Source of the DNA: Octopus vulgaris | Lineage: Eukaryota | Length of the DNA: 64,000 nucleotides | Direction: 5' to 3' | NCBI GenBank assembly: GCA_951406725.2 | Contig: OX597822.1 | Span: forward strand, 105,772,001-105,836,000 | In this document: piece by piece, positions 25,251-38,929 of the stretch | Numbering within the stretch: position 1 is the stretch's first letter | How the letters are laid out: each line of letters begins with the position of its first letter | Notes under the pieces: model-generated | The model's database searches: none | Seen by the model: only the letters and a program-made list of their open reading frames with translations | Told to the model about the DNA's origin: nothing | Made by a program: the position numbers and the translations under genes

Positions 25251-25537
25251 AACCACTACTACTATTCTATTTACTTTGTAAGAATTATAATTAAATTATT
25301 GTTTCGGAATCTGTTACAGCAATCTAAGCTTTATAAATAAATTATAAAAATAAAAAAAATACGAAAGACGTTAAAAACGACATACAGACAGACACCTGTT
25401 GCATGAGTTTCTGGCTGATTTCTTATCTAAACATTATTAATATTAATTAGTGATTAGGATTAAGAAAAATTAGATATTTGGCAGTGTGTTTTTACTATAC
25501 TTAAATATTCATACATATAATACGATGTACGTTTTAA

Positions 25538-25661
<124 letters not shown>

Positions 25662-26599
25662 TTTTAAGCGATTATCTCCCCTACACCGGAAAAAATCACT
25701 CACTACCTCCCCTTATTTAGAAATCTCCTGGAAATAAAAACAACGATAATTCCATGCAATATAAACATAACGTCACAAGAAATTTGAAAAGCTACACGCG
25801 AAACCGGTAATTTCTTTAAAAATTTTTTAAATTATGTCATTTTAAGGAAAGGGAAAAAATTTTTCCAATATTCTCCAGACATTTTGACACAAATATATAT
25901 ATTTTTTAACATTTAAGGCTTCTGTCGTTTTTTCACACTTTACTATTTTCTTATATATTCACCCACGTGCTTTACCAAACAAACTTTCTTATATATATTT
26001 ATAGACATTATATAGACATTATATAGACATACGCATTTAGACATTGAAGTGTGAGATGCACCCCGAATAATTAAGATAAATTTTATGACTACACTTTTTA
26101 TAAAGAGGAAATCACTCAGCGAGACAGACAGCTAGATAGATATATACACAATTGGATAAATAGACGGACAGATAGATAGCCTAATCAACTGATTGGTAGG
26201 CAGAAAGCAAGGTGGAAGACAGATATATATATATATATATATATATCCAATTGTGTATATATCTATCTAGCTGTCTGTCTCGCTGAGCGATTTCCTCTAT
26301 ATTAAAAGTGTAGTCATAAAAATTGAGTTAATAATTCGGGGTGTAGCACACACTTCAATGTCTAAATGCCTATGTCTATATAATGTCTATATATATATTT
26401 GACTAAACTCTTCAAAGTGGTGCCCCAGCATGGGCTGCAGTTCTATGCCTGAGGCACTCAAGCAAAATATGACCATAGCCACATGACTGAAACAAATAAA
26501 AGAATAAATGAATCTATGTTGAGGCCCACACATTCTCTTATAGATAGGTGTCTAGAAAAAGCAGTGTATTATATCTATATGAGCTTATAGCAATACCGA

Positions 26600-27390
26600 A
26601 AGATTATTCTTTTCAACTCTAGGAACAAGGCCCGAAATTTTGGAGGAAGAGCCCAGTCAATTATATTGACACCAGTACGGAAATGGTACTTAATTTATTG
26701 ACCCCGAAAAGATGAAAGGTAAATTCGACCTAGGCGGAATTTGAACTCAGAACGTAGCAGCAGAAGAAATACATATTTCTTTACTACCCACAAGGGGCTA
26801 AACACAGAGAGGACAAACAAGGACAGGCAGACGGATCAAGTCGATTATATCGACCCCACTGCGTAACTGTTACTTAATTTATCGACCCCGAAAGGATGAA
26901 AGGCAAAGTCGACCTCGGTGGAATTTGAACTCAGAACGTAACGGCGGACGAAATACGGCTACGCATTTCGCCCGGCTCTCTAACGTTTCTTCCAGCTTGC
27001 CGCTTATCATGGATAAATATTCTTTTCTACTCTAGGCACAAGGCCCAAAATTTTAGGGGCAGGAGACAGTCCATTAAATCGACCCCAGTACGCAACTGGT
27101 ACTTAACTTATCGACCCCGAAATGATGAAAGGTAAAATTGACCTCGGCGGAATTTGAACTCAAAAGATACAGGAAAAAATCTATTAGTTTAAGGCAGTGA
27201 GCTGGCAGAATCGTCAACACGCCGAGTAATTCTATCGTCTTTAGGGTCTAAGTTCAAATCCCGCCGAAGTCAACATACCTTTCATCCTCTCGGGATGGAT
27301 AAAACAAACAGCACTGGCTGCGATCTAAGTGACATACTCCTCTCATAAAACTGCTGGTCTTGTGCCAAAATTCGAAATTAATATTATATT
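26600..27390. mobile_element. Cluster of four SINE B copies (three minus, one plus)
   Basis: Repeated tcgaccccgaaaggatgaaaggcaaagtcgacctcgg..atttgaactcag blocks at about 26700, 26885 and 27115, and a plus-strand head at 27191. Confidence 0.85.
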
Positions 27391-27709
27391 CGTTTAATTT
27401 TGTTTCCAAAGATGATGAGCATGGACAGTTCGACTCTTAAAGTGTCCGTCTTAAAGATACTATAAAAGAACAACTTTTTACATGTGCTATCTGCCTAACC
27501 TGTATTATAGTCTTCTATAATACAATATTATTATACATATGCACTCTCAATACATCTCTATAAAACAATTTCAGAAAACATAAGTGATGATGATGATGAC
27601 GATGATGATGATGATGATGATGATGATTATGATGATGGTGATGGCGCTCGTGGTAGTGGTGATGATTGCAATGGTGGGGAGTTTAGTGTAAATGATTTAT
27701 GATATTATT

Positions 27710-28275
<566 letters not shown>

Positions 28276-28353
28276 GATATGTGTGTGGGGGTTGTGTGCG
28301 TGTGCGTGCGTGTGCGTGCGTGCGTGTGCGTGCGTGCGTGTGCGTGCGTGCGT

Positions 28354-28400
<47 letters not shown>

Positions 28401-28803
28401 TTTTACTTGTTTCAGTTATGCTGTGGCACCGATTTGAAGTGTTTAGTTAAACAAATAGATCCTAGCAATTATTTCTTTTTATAAAACTGGTATTTTTATT
28501 ACCACTTCCCTTTCGCCGAACTATAAGATAAAGGGACAAAATATTTAGCGGTATGTTGTCCGTCTTCACATTCTGATTTCACATTTTATCACATCTTACC
28601 CCTTTCGGAGTCGATGAAGTAAAGCGTCAGTCAAGTATTATATCGATAGCTTCGATTAGGTTCCCCAATTCAAAATTGGTAGTCTTGATATATATATATA
28701 TATATAATTTCAATAACTGAGGGTAAAATTAATTAATTATTAATCAATTTCACCAAGTATTCAGTATGTAAAGGGACCATTTAAGGCGAATTCAAAATAT
28801 TAC

Positions 28804-29177
28804 ATTATATAAAAAGGGCTTAGTAAAATAAATTACTTTGCCACATACTGAACTCATTAGAAATAGCAGCTAAAAATTTTTTTTAAACTGTTTCTAATAC
28901 TTAAAGAAAATCTCTCTCATATAGTGTTTGCTCAAACTAACTCACGAAGGTATGGAGGTAAAGACATTAAAAAATCACATTAAAAAATCACAAATGCAAA
29001 GGTTTGCATTTGTGATTTTTTAATGTCTTTACCCCCATACCTTCGTGAGTTAGTTTGAGCAAACACTATATGAGAGAGATTTTCTTTAAGTATTAGAAAT
29101 AGTTTAAAAAAATTTTTTAGCTGCTATTTCTAATGAGTTCAGTATGTGGCAAAGTAATTTATTTTACTAAGCCCTTT

Positions 29178-29185
<8 letters not shown>
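28804..29185. repeat. Near-perfect ~380-bp palindrome between (TA)n tracts
   Basis: Arms of about 190 bp centred on aaatgcaaa-gg-tttgcattt (29001-29002). Confidence 0.92.
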
Positions 29186-29262
<77 letters not shown>

Positions 29263-29569
29263 CAAGAGGTAATGGTGTCATTGAGAACCAAAGGTGTCAG
29301 TCAATGCTGAATAAATGCTATAGACAAACCATAGTTAAGTTCCAGATTCGGTGATTTTGCGAATAAGGGTTTCAACGTTGGTCATATGTCAGCGTGTGTA
29401 TATAAGAATTGTTTGCGTAATGAGATAAAAAAAAAACAAGGTTGTGTAAAACTTAGATAACTTAGATATGTTTCGACCAAAGATTGGTCCAGGCCATGTC
29501 TAACTTAATAGCACCACCTGATAGGATTATTCGAATCCTGTTTAAGTCAAGTTTTGTTTAAGTCAAGTT

Positions 29570-30042
29570 TTCTTCAAGTAGTGAGTTCTTGTTGGCTGAG
29601 TTGTATCAAGTTTTGTTCAAGTAGTGAGTTCTTGTTGGCTGAGTTGTATCAAGTTTTCTTCAAGTAGTGAGTTCTTGTTGGGTGAGTTGTATCCAATTAT
29701 GGGTGGCTTATCTGGTATTCTTTGAAGGAATCTATCCAGACTCCGTTTAAAGTTGATGGGATCCTTTTCCTCTTTGATCTCCCTCGGGACAATGTTAAAT
29801 AGGGCAGGGCCTGTTGAGGAAAAGAAATTATGTTGCAGTGTACATGTATGTTGTGATCTTGAATTGGGCAGGGGACGTATGGCCCGTGGTCTTGGATGAA
29901 CCTTGAAGCTAATGTTAAGGTCGTTTGGGCAAAGTTGGCGGTATATTCTCCACATCGTACAAATGATGTACCGCTCACGGCGACGCTGGAGGGAGTAAAG
30001 TTTCAAGGCTTTAAGGCGATCCCAATAATCGAGAGCAGCCAT
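29570..30042 (-). mobile_element. CR1-like LINE 3' fragment with tandemly repeated 3' end
   Basis: ORF 29617-30042 reads LDYWDRLKALKLYSLQRRRERY...GPALFNIVP...FKRSLDRFLQRIPDKP...NSLL. Confidence 0.85.
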
Positions 30043-30295
30043 TAGAAAATTTATTGATAAAAGGTCTTACAGCTGTTTCCAAGATATTTATTAATTATAT
30101 CCCTTCATCGAAGACGGTGTGAGAGGATGGTTAAGTAATAATTAATTAAGATAGAATACAAAATATAGAGTGAGGTGGAGGAAAGAAAATAGATGTGAGA
30201 TATGCAAGGATATTAAATTTGTAGATCCATTTTTAAGGCAGAATGGTATATATGTAAGATTCCAATACCTTATGAGTAAAATGCAACAGTATTTA
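30043..30295 (-). mobile_element. Probable Penelope-like terminal fragment with hammerhead-like motif
   Basis: Minus 30064-30115 reads gtct-TCGATGA-A-gggatat..atatcttg-GAAA-cagctg-TA-agac. Confidence 0.5.
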
Positions 30296-30299
30296 ACAG

Positions 30300-30540
30300 A
30301 TTCAGTCTCTCCCTGTAGCTGAGCTGTTTCATCGATGCAGTCTTCCGGGTGCAATAGCCCGCTATTAATCTGATATTGTACGATGACCACAGTTGAGAGC
30401 AGTAGTTCAGACAGCCATAGAGCCAGCTTAGCTTCCTCAACACTTCTTCTGAAGGTTCTCAGAATCCGTCCGGCCATTCGCCTGCAGACTGCCACTATCT
30501 TGGCGATATACATGCGAAAGAAGGCATCGTTGCTCATATA
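30300..30540 (-). mobile_element. CR1-like LINE RT-thumb fragment (second copy)
   Basis: MSNDAFFRMYIAKIVAVCRRMAGRILRTF, and after frameshifts MKQLSYRERL. Confidence 0.7.
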
Positions 30541-30550
30541 TCTTTTTTTT

Positions 30551-30935
30551 TACTCTTTTTTACTTGTTTCAGTCATTTGACTGCGGCCATGCTGGAACAC
30601 CGCCTTTAGTCGAGCAAATCGAACCCGGAACTTATTCTTTATAAGCCCAGTACTTATTTTATCGGTGTCTTTTGCCGAACCGCTAAGTGACGGGGACGTA
30701 AACACACCAGCATCGGTTGTCAAGCAATGCTAGGGGAACACAGACACACAAAAACACACACACAAACACTTATATATATATATACATATATACGACAGGC
30801 TTCTTTCAGTTTCCGTCTACCAACTCCACTCACAAGGCATTGGTCGGCCCGGGGCTATAGCAGAAGACACTTGCCCAAGATGCCACACAGTGGGACTGAA
30901 CCCGGAACCATGTGGTTGATTAGCAAGCTACTTAC

Positions 30936-30942
<7 letters not shown>
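30551..30942 (-). mobile_element. SINE family A
   Basis: High identity to 50503-50915. Confidence 0.9.
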
Positions 30943-30970
<28 letters not shown>

Positions 30971-31307
30971 GTAAAGACCCCCTTCGGTCATGAGTGACCA
31001 TGGGTTTGCACCTAGAAAGTTACCCTCTGAGGCACAAGTCTGGGCAAGGTTGTTTTATGGAAGACCAGCAGTCGCCCATGCATACCGGCCTCCCCTCTCC
31101 ACGCCACCAGTGTTATCCAAGGGAAAGACAAAGGTCGATACAGCTTGGCACCTGTGACTTCGCAACTAATTTCTACAGCTGAGTGAACTGGAGCAACGTG
31201 AAATAAAGTGTCTTGCTCAAGAACACAACACGCAGCCCGGTCCGGGATTCGAGCTCACAACCTCACGATCGTAAGCTCGACGCTCTAACCACTGAGCCAT
31301 GCGCCTT

Positions 31308-31310
<3 letters not shown>
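30971..31310 (-). mobile_element. SINE family C
   Basis: Reverse complement of 11730-12060. Confidence 0.9.
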
Positions 31311-31404
<94 letters not shown>

Positions 31405-31505
31405 ATATATATATATATATATACAGTAATTGTTATGACACATCTAGCATCCTCACAACCTCACGATCGTAAGCTCGACGCTCTAACCACTGAGCCATGC
31501 GCCTT

Positions 31506-31552
<47 letters not shown>

Positions 31553-31599
31553 TAATTGTTATGACACATCTAGCATCGATTCGTACGTATATATATATG

Positions 31600-31872
31600 T
31601 ATGATTGCATCACGTAATTACGTGATCGACCAGACACTAGTTACAGACCACTTTTCATCATCAACTTTGAAACGACATCACACCGCTGGTCAGGCAAGCA
31701 AGCTTCAGTTCTCCTGACCGGAAAGTCTGTACGTCGCAGACGGCCGAGTCGGCTGGAGCAAGTCGAAGTGAAATGCTCTGCTCAGGAACAACACGCGAGT
31801 TCGTTACGGGATCGAATCTACGGTTTAGCGATCTTGAGTGCAGCACCTGAACCACTAGGCCACACGCCTTCA
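31600..31872 (-). mobile_element. SINE: head C + tail T2, degenerate
   Basis: Head ggcgtgtggcctagtggttcagg and a tail similar to 48605-48720. Confidence 0.65.
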
Positions 31873-32097
31873 AGCACACATGCAGACATACACACACACA
31901 CGCACACACCCATACGCACGCACGCACACACATACAGACATAAACACATACACGAACATGCATTTGCGCGCATAGATACAGGGAGAGAGAGAGAGGAGAG
32001 AATTGCTGAAAAGCTAACTCTCAGACAGGCAGACAATAAGACAGATCGACAGTCAAACTGACAAACAGGCCGACAAGGAACCAGACAGACTGACATA

Positions 32098-32249
<152 letters not shown>

Positions 32250-35200
32250 AAAGCAAGCTAGCATAACTGCATCAATATGCAATCATACATTAGAAAAATA
32301 TTTGCAATTATACGACTAAATACAATAACAGACCAGAGAGCAATTTTTAGTTTCACATAAGGTCTAATTATTAATTTCTAAATAAGCATAAAATGTTACC
32401 AGAACATAAAATCTGCTAGACAATGGCTTGATAAGATGCCATTGTTTCAGCTCTGTAGCTGCTGGCAGTCACTCTTCAGTCTCACGTTTCCTTTCCTCCT
32501 CTTCCTTCCTTCTACCCTCTTGAGAACACTATGTTAACCTTGATGGATCAATCAATATGACATTTTGTCATATTTATGGCTTTATGTAAACGGAGACGAG
32601 TTTGCTATTTCAACTCCCAAAACTAGCGTTTCTTGCTTTTGGGACGATTCAAAGCGACAGGTAACGAAAATAACAACGGGAAACTGAGGAATTTTTAAAG
32701 AGAAAAGAAAACAATACTGTGACAATGAGTCATATGACTTGTTAAAAATAAAATGTCATAAGAGAAAGATGGAAAATTCAAAAATAAATAGAGAGAAAAA
32801 AAATAAGAAAAGTTATTTTAAAACATATCTCCTGTTTCTGCACCAGACTGTGACGTCAACTGCATGTCCCACATATAATAAATATAATAAAACAGCATGA
32901 TTAGCAAGATTCAGTTAGTGTAAGAGATGTGAAGCAAGTCAAGTCAACCTGAAAGTCAAGCCTGAGAGAAGAAATTTCGACATACATTGAATATCAACAT
33001 AGAAAAATAGAATAGAAGAAAGCATAGAAAAAGTGAATAGAAGAAAAGTTAGAATAATTCTTTACCAAATAATTCTTTAATTTGAATATGTGTTAAATCT
33101 TTTAAACAAGAAAAGTTAAAGATACTGTGTGCAAAAAAGAGAATATTCAGATGAGAGAATTTTTTAAAGCCCTTTCAGATTTTACGATCATATATATCGG
33201 AAGTAACTGTGAAAACTGACCATTCAGTTCACGTGCTCTTCTTCTCAAACAGGCTCCTCAGTCTACTGGACTTGTTGGACTGACGTAATTTCGAATTTGG
33301 AAGAATATATATAAATATTATTTCGGTGATATTCTTCTTGGAAATGATTGCTAAGTTCTGACAAGTTTTTTTTTTTTCCTCAATAATCAGACATAAACAG
33401 AAGAAGGAAAAAAAAGATTAAAAGACACTTTTCGTTACAAGGACACGGTACCTTTCCTTACTCAGTCCAGCAACAGTAGAGGCTTGACTTGCTTCATTGT
33501 TTTTCTAATTTTATTCTCAATGAAAGAATGAAATTGGAAAAACAAACCTTTTCGTAAACATCTAAGTAATGGATTAAGGATGTTTGGAAATGCTTTACCC
33601 AATTCTTTCTTTCGATAACGGATATAGGCTTGTTTATACATGAGTGTGAATGTATGTATACATATATATGTATACATATGCAACTTTCTAACATGTAAGT
33701 ACATTTTCGTTTTCTTTTCATCAAATCTAACCATCGTTTATTCGAAATTATTGTAGCCGGAATTTTGTAAGATTTCGATTATAAGAGTGTGGTAACTTGT
33801 AAAATGACAGCCTGCCCGGCATATATACCATTTTCCCCGAGTTGACAATTAATTATTGATATAAATTTTGTTAGAAGACTGAAGCACGCGTATGACAGGA
33901 CGATGCGAAAGCCTTTCAACCTCACCTTTTCACAAATATAATAACTACTAAACTTTACCAAAACATACATCGTAACATTAATAACAAATTGAAGTGAATT
34001 TATACGCTCGTCTTTCTGAGATCTTATCTCATACTCAACAAGGGCTACTAAAATATACACATTACTTATTCAATATCCTCATAGAACTGAACAATAATTA
34101 TTAATATCATTATTTATTTTTTTTCCGTTTGCTTTTTTTTTTTTCTGCCCAAGGCATGTTTGGAACTCGAAGTTTATAATCAACTTAATAGACCAGCTTC
34201 AGTTATTGCTACTTCTTTGACTGATTCTATTAACACACAAACGATTTGATGTGTTACTGTTTCATTCATGCTATATACAGAGAAGTAAGAACGTATATTT
34301 AGTTGGTTAGGGAAAAGAAAATATATAAATGTCTTGTTTTTAAGATAATATTTTTAGCAGCATTTCACATTTTTTCCCTCAGCTTACTCAACATATGCCT
34401 CTTCTATTTAATATTAGTTTTAGTAGCGTTATTGAAACTTCAATTAGTCATCTGCGTAGAATAAATATCACAGTACTTCATTCCGCTACGATTAACCAAA
34501 AATCGATTACTGCTTACTAATTTCAGTGTATCGGAATTAACATTCAGATTTATAAAGTAACATTTTAATTAAAAGTTACATACAAATATACATACATATG
34601 TGTTTGTGTGTGACAGTATATGTATGCATGCACATTATAGATTTTTTTCTATCAAATTTCATGAATACATTTATAAATATTTTCTTCAGGTTAACGGTAA
34701 CATCCATAATTGTTTTAAATTTGAGATTCACTGAATAAATTGAAAATCTATTTTTACGAAGAATAAATAAAATCATTGTTAAGTCCCTGCTAAAAATAAC
34801 TGTTAAATTCTCTGCTAAATTAATTATTTTTAGATTAAGCATTTAACTACATATGTGTAGGTAAATAATGGTCACGTCAGTAATGCGAAAACGATGAAAT
34901 TAACCTGATTACGATATCAATCTGTGTATAATGGTTTCATATTTAGAAAATAATTAAGTGACGAATCGCGCTTTCAAAACTTGATTTAGGTTATTAGAAA
35001 ACTGTTAATTGTACACTACTTAATTTCTGCTGTATTAATATTGTGATTAATAGATTTATTGTGACTAAGATTAATTCGTTATTGAATTATAGGTACATTT
35101 ATTATCACTTTTAGAACATAACCAATGTAATATATTTCTTTTAGAAGCCTATCATAGGCATCACGTCCGTGAAATACGATAAAGATAAAAGCCCAGAAAA

Positions 35201-35300
35201 ATATTGATTTTTACATCAGCACATTTACTACAATTTTGTCGATTGAAACTATCCAGTATTCATGTTATGCATATTTAATCGACTTCCAGAAGGATCAAAG

Positions 35301-35509
35301 CAGCGGTCCCCAAACTTTTTTTGCAACATGGACTGATTTCAGACAGGGAAACTTGCCCTCTGACCGGGGCATCACGCTCATAACAGAACACAATAAAGTG
35401 AATAATATGTAATTTAATAATTACATATATAATTGATATATATATTAGGTATCTAAAACGCATATGATTTATATATGTATATATATGTATATATGTGTGT
35501 GTATGAGTG

Positions 35510-35540
<31 letters not shown>

Positions 35541-36135
35541 TCTCTCTTCGTCTGCCGAAAAGGCAATTATTTCAAAATACGCCCGCTAGGATAAGTTCAA
35601 TTGTCTAAAGTCGTAAGACACACGCTGTTTTTGTCCCGTTATTACCATTCTTGTTTTTAATTTTATTTTTGTTTTTTGTATTTATATTCGTGTGGCATCG
35701 TCCGTTTTCTGTCCTTCTTTCGTATACATTCGATCCTCTTTCCAAGAAATCTAATGCTCGCAGCTTAGTTTTTCCTTGGGGCTAGCCGGATCTGATCGAT
35801 ATCAGGATTAATCAACCGAAATTTGCTAGGACGATCCGGTTCCTGACTGAAGATTAGAGGCTTCGAATGACCCGTCCGTTCTTTGTGTCGTCTCTTTGTG
35901 TTTTTTGTGTCCTTGTCCTATTTTGTATATTTTATATATAATTTTTATACATATATGTATATATATATATACATATATGCATACGTATATGAGATGCATA
36001 CTGAAAAAACATCCTACAGATAGCGTGAGTACAATGAGATAGAGATAAAATTTTTAAAATCATTTTTCTCTGCGGCCCTGTATAAATGTTACACGAAACG
36101 GAAAAGGTCTGCGGCCCGGTGGATAGGGACCCATG
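35301..36135. mobile_element. hAT (Charlie-like) non-autonomous element with nested insertion at about 35540-35940
   Basis: TIRs cagcggtccc / gggacccatg and an imperfect 8-bp TSD gatcaaag / gattaaaa. Confidence 0.7.
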
Positions 36136-36416
36136 GATTAAAAGATGTCAACCTCAGCGGGTATAAATTTGCCGTTCTGTTGATGTATTAATCTTTCAAC
36201 GACATATGATCACTGTTTATATACTTATATATACATGATATAAACATTACTTAGTATTTGCAGAATATTTGGTTGAAATACATAGAAATAATTCGGTTTT
36301 TGTAAGTCCCAGGTCAAATTTACATATAAATTACAAAATATACCAAATACACATATACGTGTATGTAGGTATGCTTACTACCCATATCTATACACACACA
36401 TACACACACCGATAGT

Positions 36417-36472
<56 letters not shown>

Positions 36473-36531
36473 GGGGTAAATAGATAGATAGATAGATAGA
36501 TAGATAAACAGATAGATAGATAGAGGGGTAA

Positions 36532-36662
<131 letters not shown>

Positions 36663-37086
36663 TAACAGAAAGCTATATTAGAAGATTTTTTAGATAGCTT
36701 GTTCGTTTATTCGTTATTATGAATCCAAAACGACATCATAACTAATATATATTCCTCTCTTTTTGACAGGTCCAAAATAACTTTCCATGATAATATAATC
36801 ACGGCTTCTCAGTCTAATATAACGGACGTTAGACTATACCCTAAACAAATCGAATAACTTTTCTCACTATATCGATTTTCCTTTAAAGTTTTTATGGTAC
36901 TGGGGTATATGAATTAGCTTTCTGATATATCCAAAAGAATAATAAAAATCCTTAAGTGACGTAGTTTTGTAACTTTAAGCGTTTGACAATAATCTCTCGC
37001 TTGTTCTAAGCAAGTGAGCGCTACCCGTATTATGACACCGCTGTTATATTAGTTTCAGGTATATAATATAACCGATAAATTTATGT

Positions 37087-37119
<33 letters not shown>

Positions 37120-37488
37120 AAATACCTTTGTAATATCTGTATATTGCAACGTTTTTACGACCTCAAGAATATCGTGACTATTTCCTTCATCATCCATCCC
37201 TATGACTTCTTTTTAATATATTTTCGTTCATAAAATCAATTTCTTACACGCTTCATTTAGCGTTATATTCATTTAACGTTACATATGCATGTTTCCTTTT
37301 AGGAGTTTCCGCTAATATTATTTCCGTGCATTGCTTTTATATAATGTTTGTTGTTTGCATGAAAGAAATACCGATATCTGTTATCAGTAATTCGTTCTAA
37401 ACACATACATAGTGAAGATTAGAATTGATAATGGATTTCATTCAAACGGTGAATCATCATCATCATCATCATCAACAATATTATTATT

Positions 37489-37557
<69 letters not shown>

Positions 37558-37579
37558 TTATTATTATTATTATTATCGT

Positions 37580-37937
37580 AATCAAGATTCCGCCGTCGTC
37601 AATTTAGCTTAGCATTTCATCCTTTCGGGGTCGATAAATTAAGTACTTGTGAAACAATGGGATCGATGTAATCGACTAGCCCCGTCTTCCACAATTTCAG
37701 GACTTGTGCCTGTAGTATACAGAATTATTATTATTATTAAGGCAGCGAGCTTGCAGAATCGTTATCATGCTGGGCAAAATGCTTCGCAACGTTTCTTCCG
37801 TCCTTACGATCTGATTTCAAATTCCGCGGAAATCGACTTTGCCTTTCAGGTCGATAAAATAAGTACCAGTGAAACACCGGGGTCAATGTAATAGACTCCC
37901 CCACCAAATTTCAAGTTTTTTGCCTATGTTAGAAAAG

Positions 37938-37945
<8 letters not shown>
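37580..37945 (+). mobile_element. Two tandem SINE B copies with (ATT)n-type tail
   Basis: tttcatcctttcggggtcgataaattaagtac and ggcagcgagcttgcagaatcgtt, with tails cttgtgcctgtagtatacagaattatt. Confidence 0.8.
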
Positions 37946-37984
<39 letters not shown>

Positions 37985-38037
37985 TATCATTATTATTATT
38001 ATTATCATTATCATTATTATCATCATTATTATTATTA

Positions 38038-38070
<33 letters not shown>

Positions 38071-38078
38071 TAATATTA

Positions 38079-38173
<95 letters not shown>

Positions 38174-38174
38174 A

Positions 38175-38789
38175 AGTTTACTATATCCGACCTTCGGTGC
38201 TCTAACACCTTGTCTGTCTGGAAATCAAAGGCCAAGAGGATTTTTCCCTTCCCCTTTTCGCTCATTACCTTTTCCGATATGTGTTGGTATCAAGCAGCCT
38301 GAACTTCATATTCGTACTTCCGGCATAGTAGCCAGTGGAAGTTTTGGGCTACTTTGTCGTGTCTATGCTTGTACTCTTTCTGCGTAAAAGTACTAACAAT
38401 GTAAGTCACACTTTCGACCCTCTTCCCACACAATCTGCAGAGGTCTGATGCACTTATGTAGTATATATTTTGTGGTATATATTTTTTTCCCTGAGTTAGT
38501 ATTCAATGCCTGGTCCTGGCCCGCGATGATTAGGCTTTCAGTATTCTTTTTTAGGTTACCCTTGTTGAGCCACCTCCAGGGTGCTTACTGGTCTTTTAAA
38601 TAGTTAGTTTCTCGGTGGAACTGACCGTGTAATTCCATACGGAGAAGGGTTTCTTCTCTCTCGTTGGCTGTTCTTGTTCGGAATTCATGAGTACTCACAA
38701 ATTCATTTTTCTTAACTCTTTCTGTGCTAGCAGCATATTGTAGACGTTTGCTGTTTACCAAATATTCTGCCATTTTTCTTCTTTCATTG

Positions 38790-38790
<1 letters not shown>
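38175..38790 (-). mobile_element. R4/Dong-type LINE fragment (linker, CCHC, start of RLE)
   Basis: ELHGQF, WLNKGNLKKNTESLIIAGQDQALNT, CRLCGKRVESVTYIV, YKHRHDKVA and DFQTDKVLEHRRSDIV. Flanked by (TAA)n. Confidence 0.88.
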
Positions 38791-38832
<42 letters not shown>

Positions 38833-38850
38833 ATTATTATTATCATCATT

Positions 38851-38900
<50 letters not shown>

Positions 38901-38929
38901 CATCGTCATTACTATCAAACCTATTACAT

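Noticed and set aside
35785-35842. Hammerhead-like ccggat-ctgatcga...gaaa...atccgg
   Set aside because: There is no credible stem II or UH site, so it is too degenerate to support.
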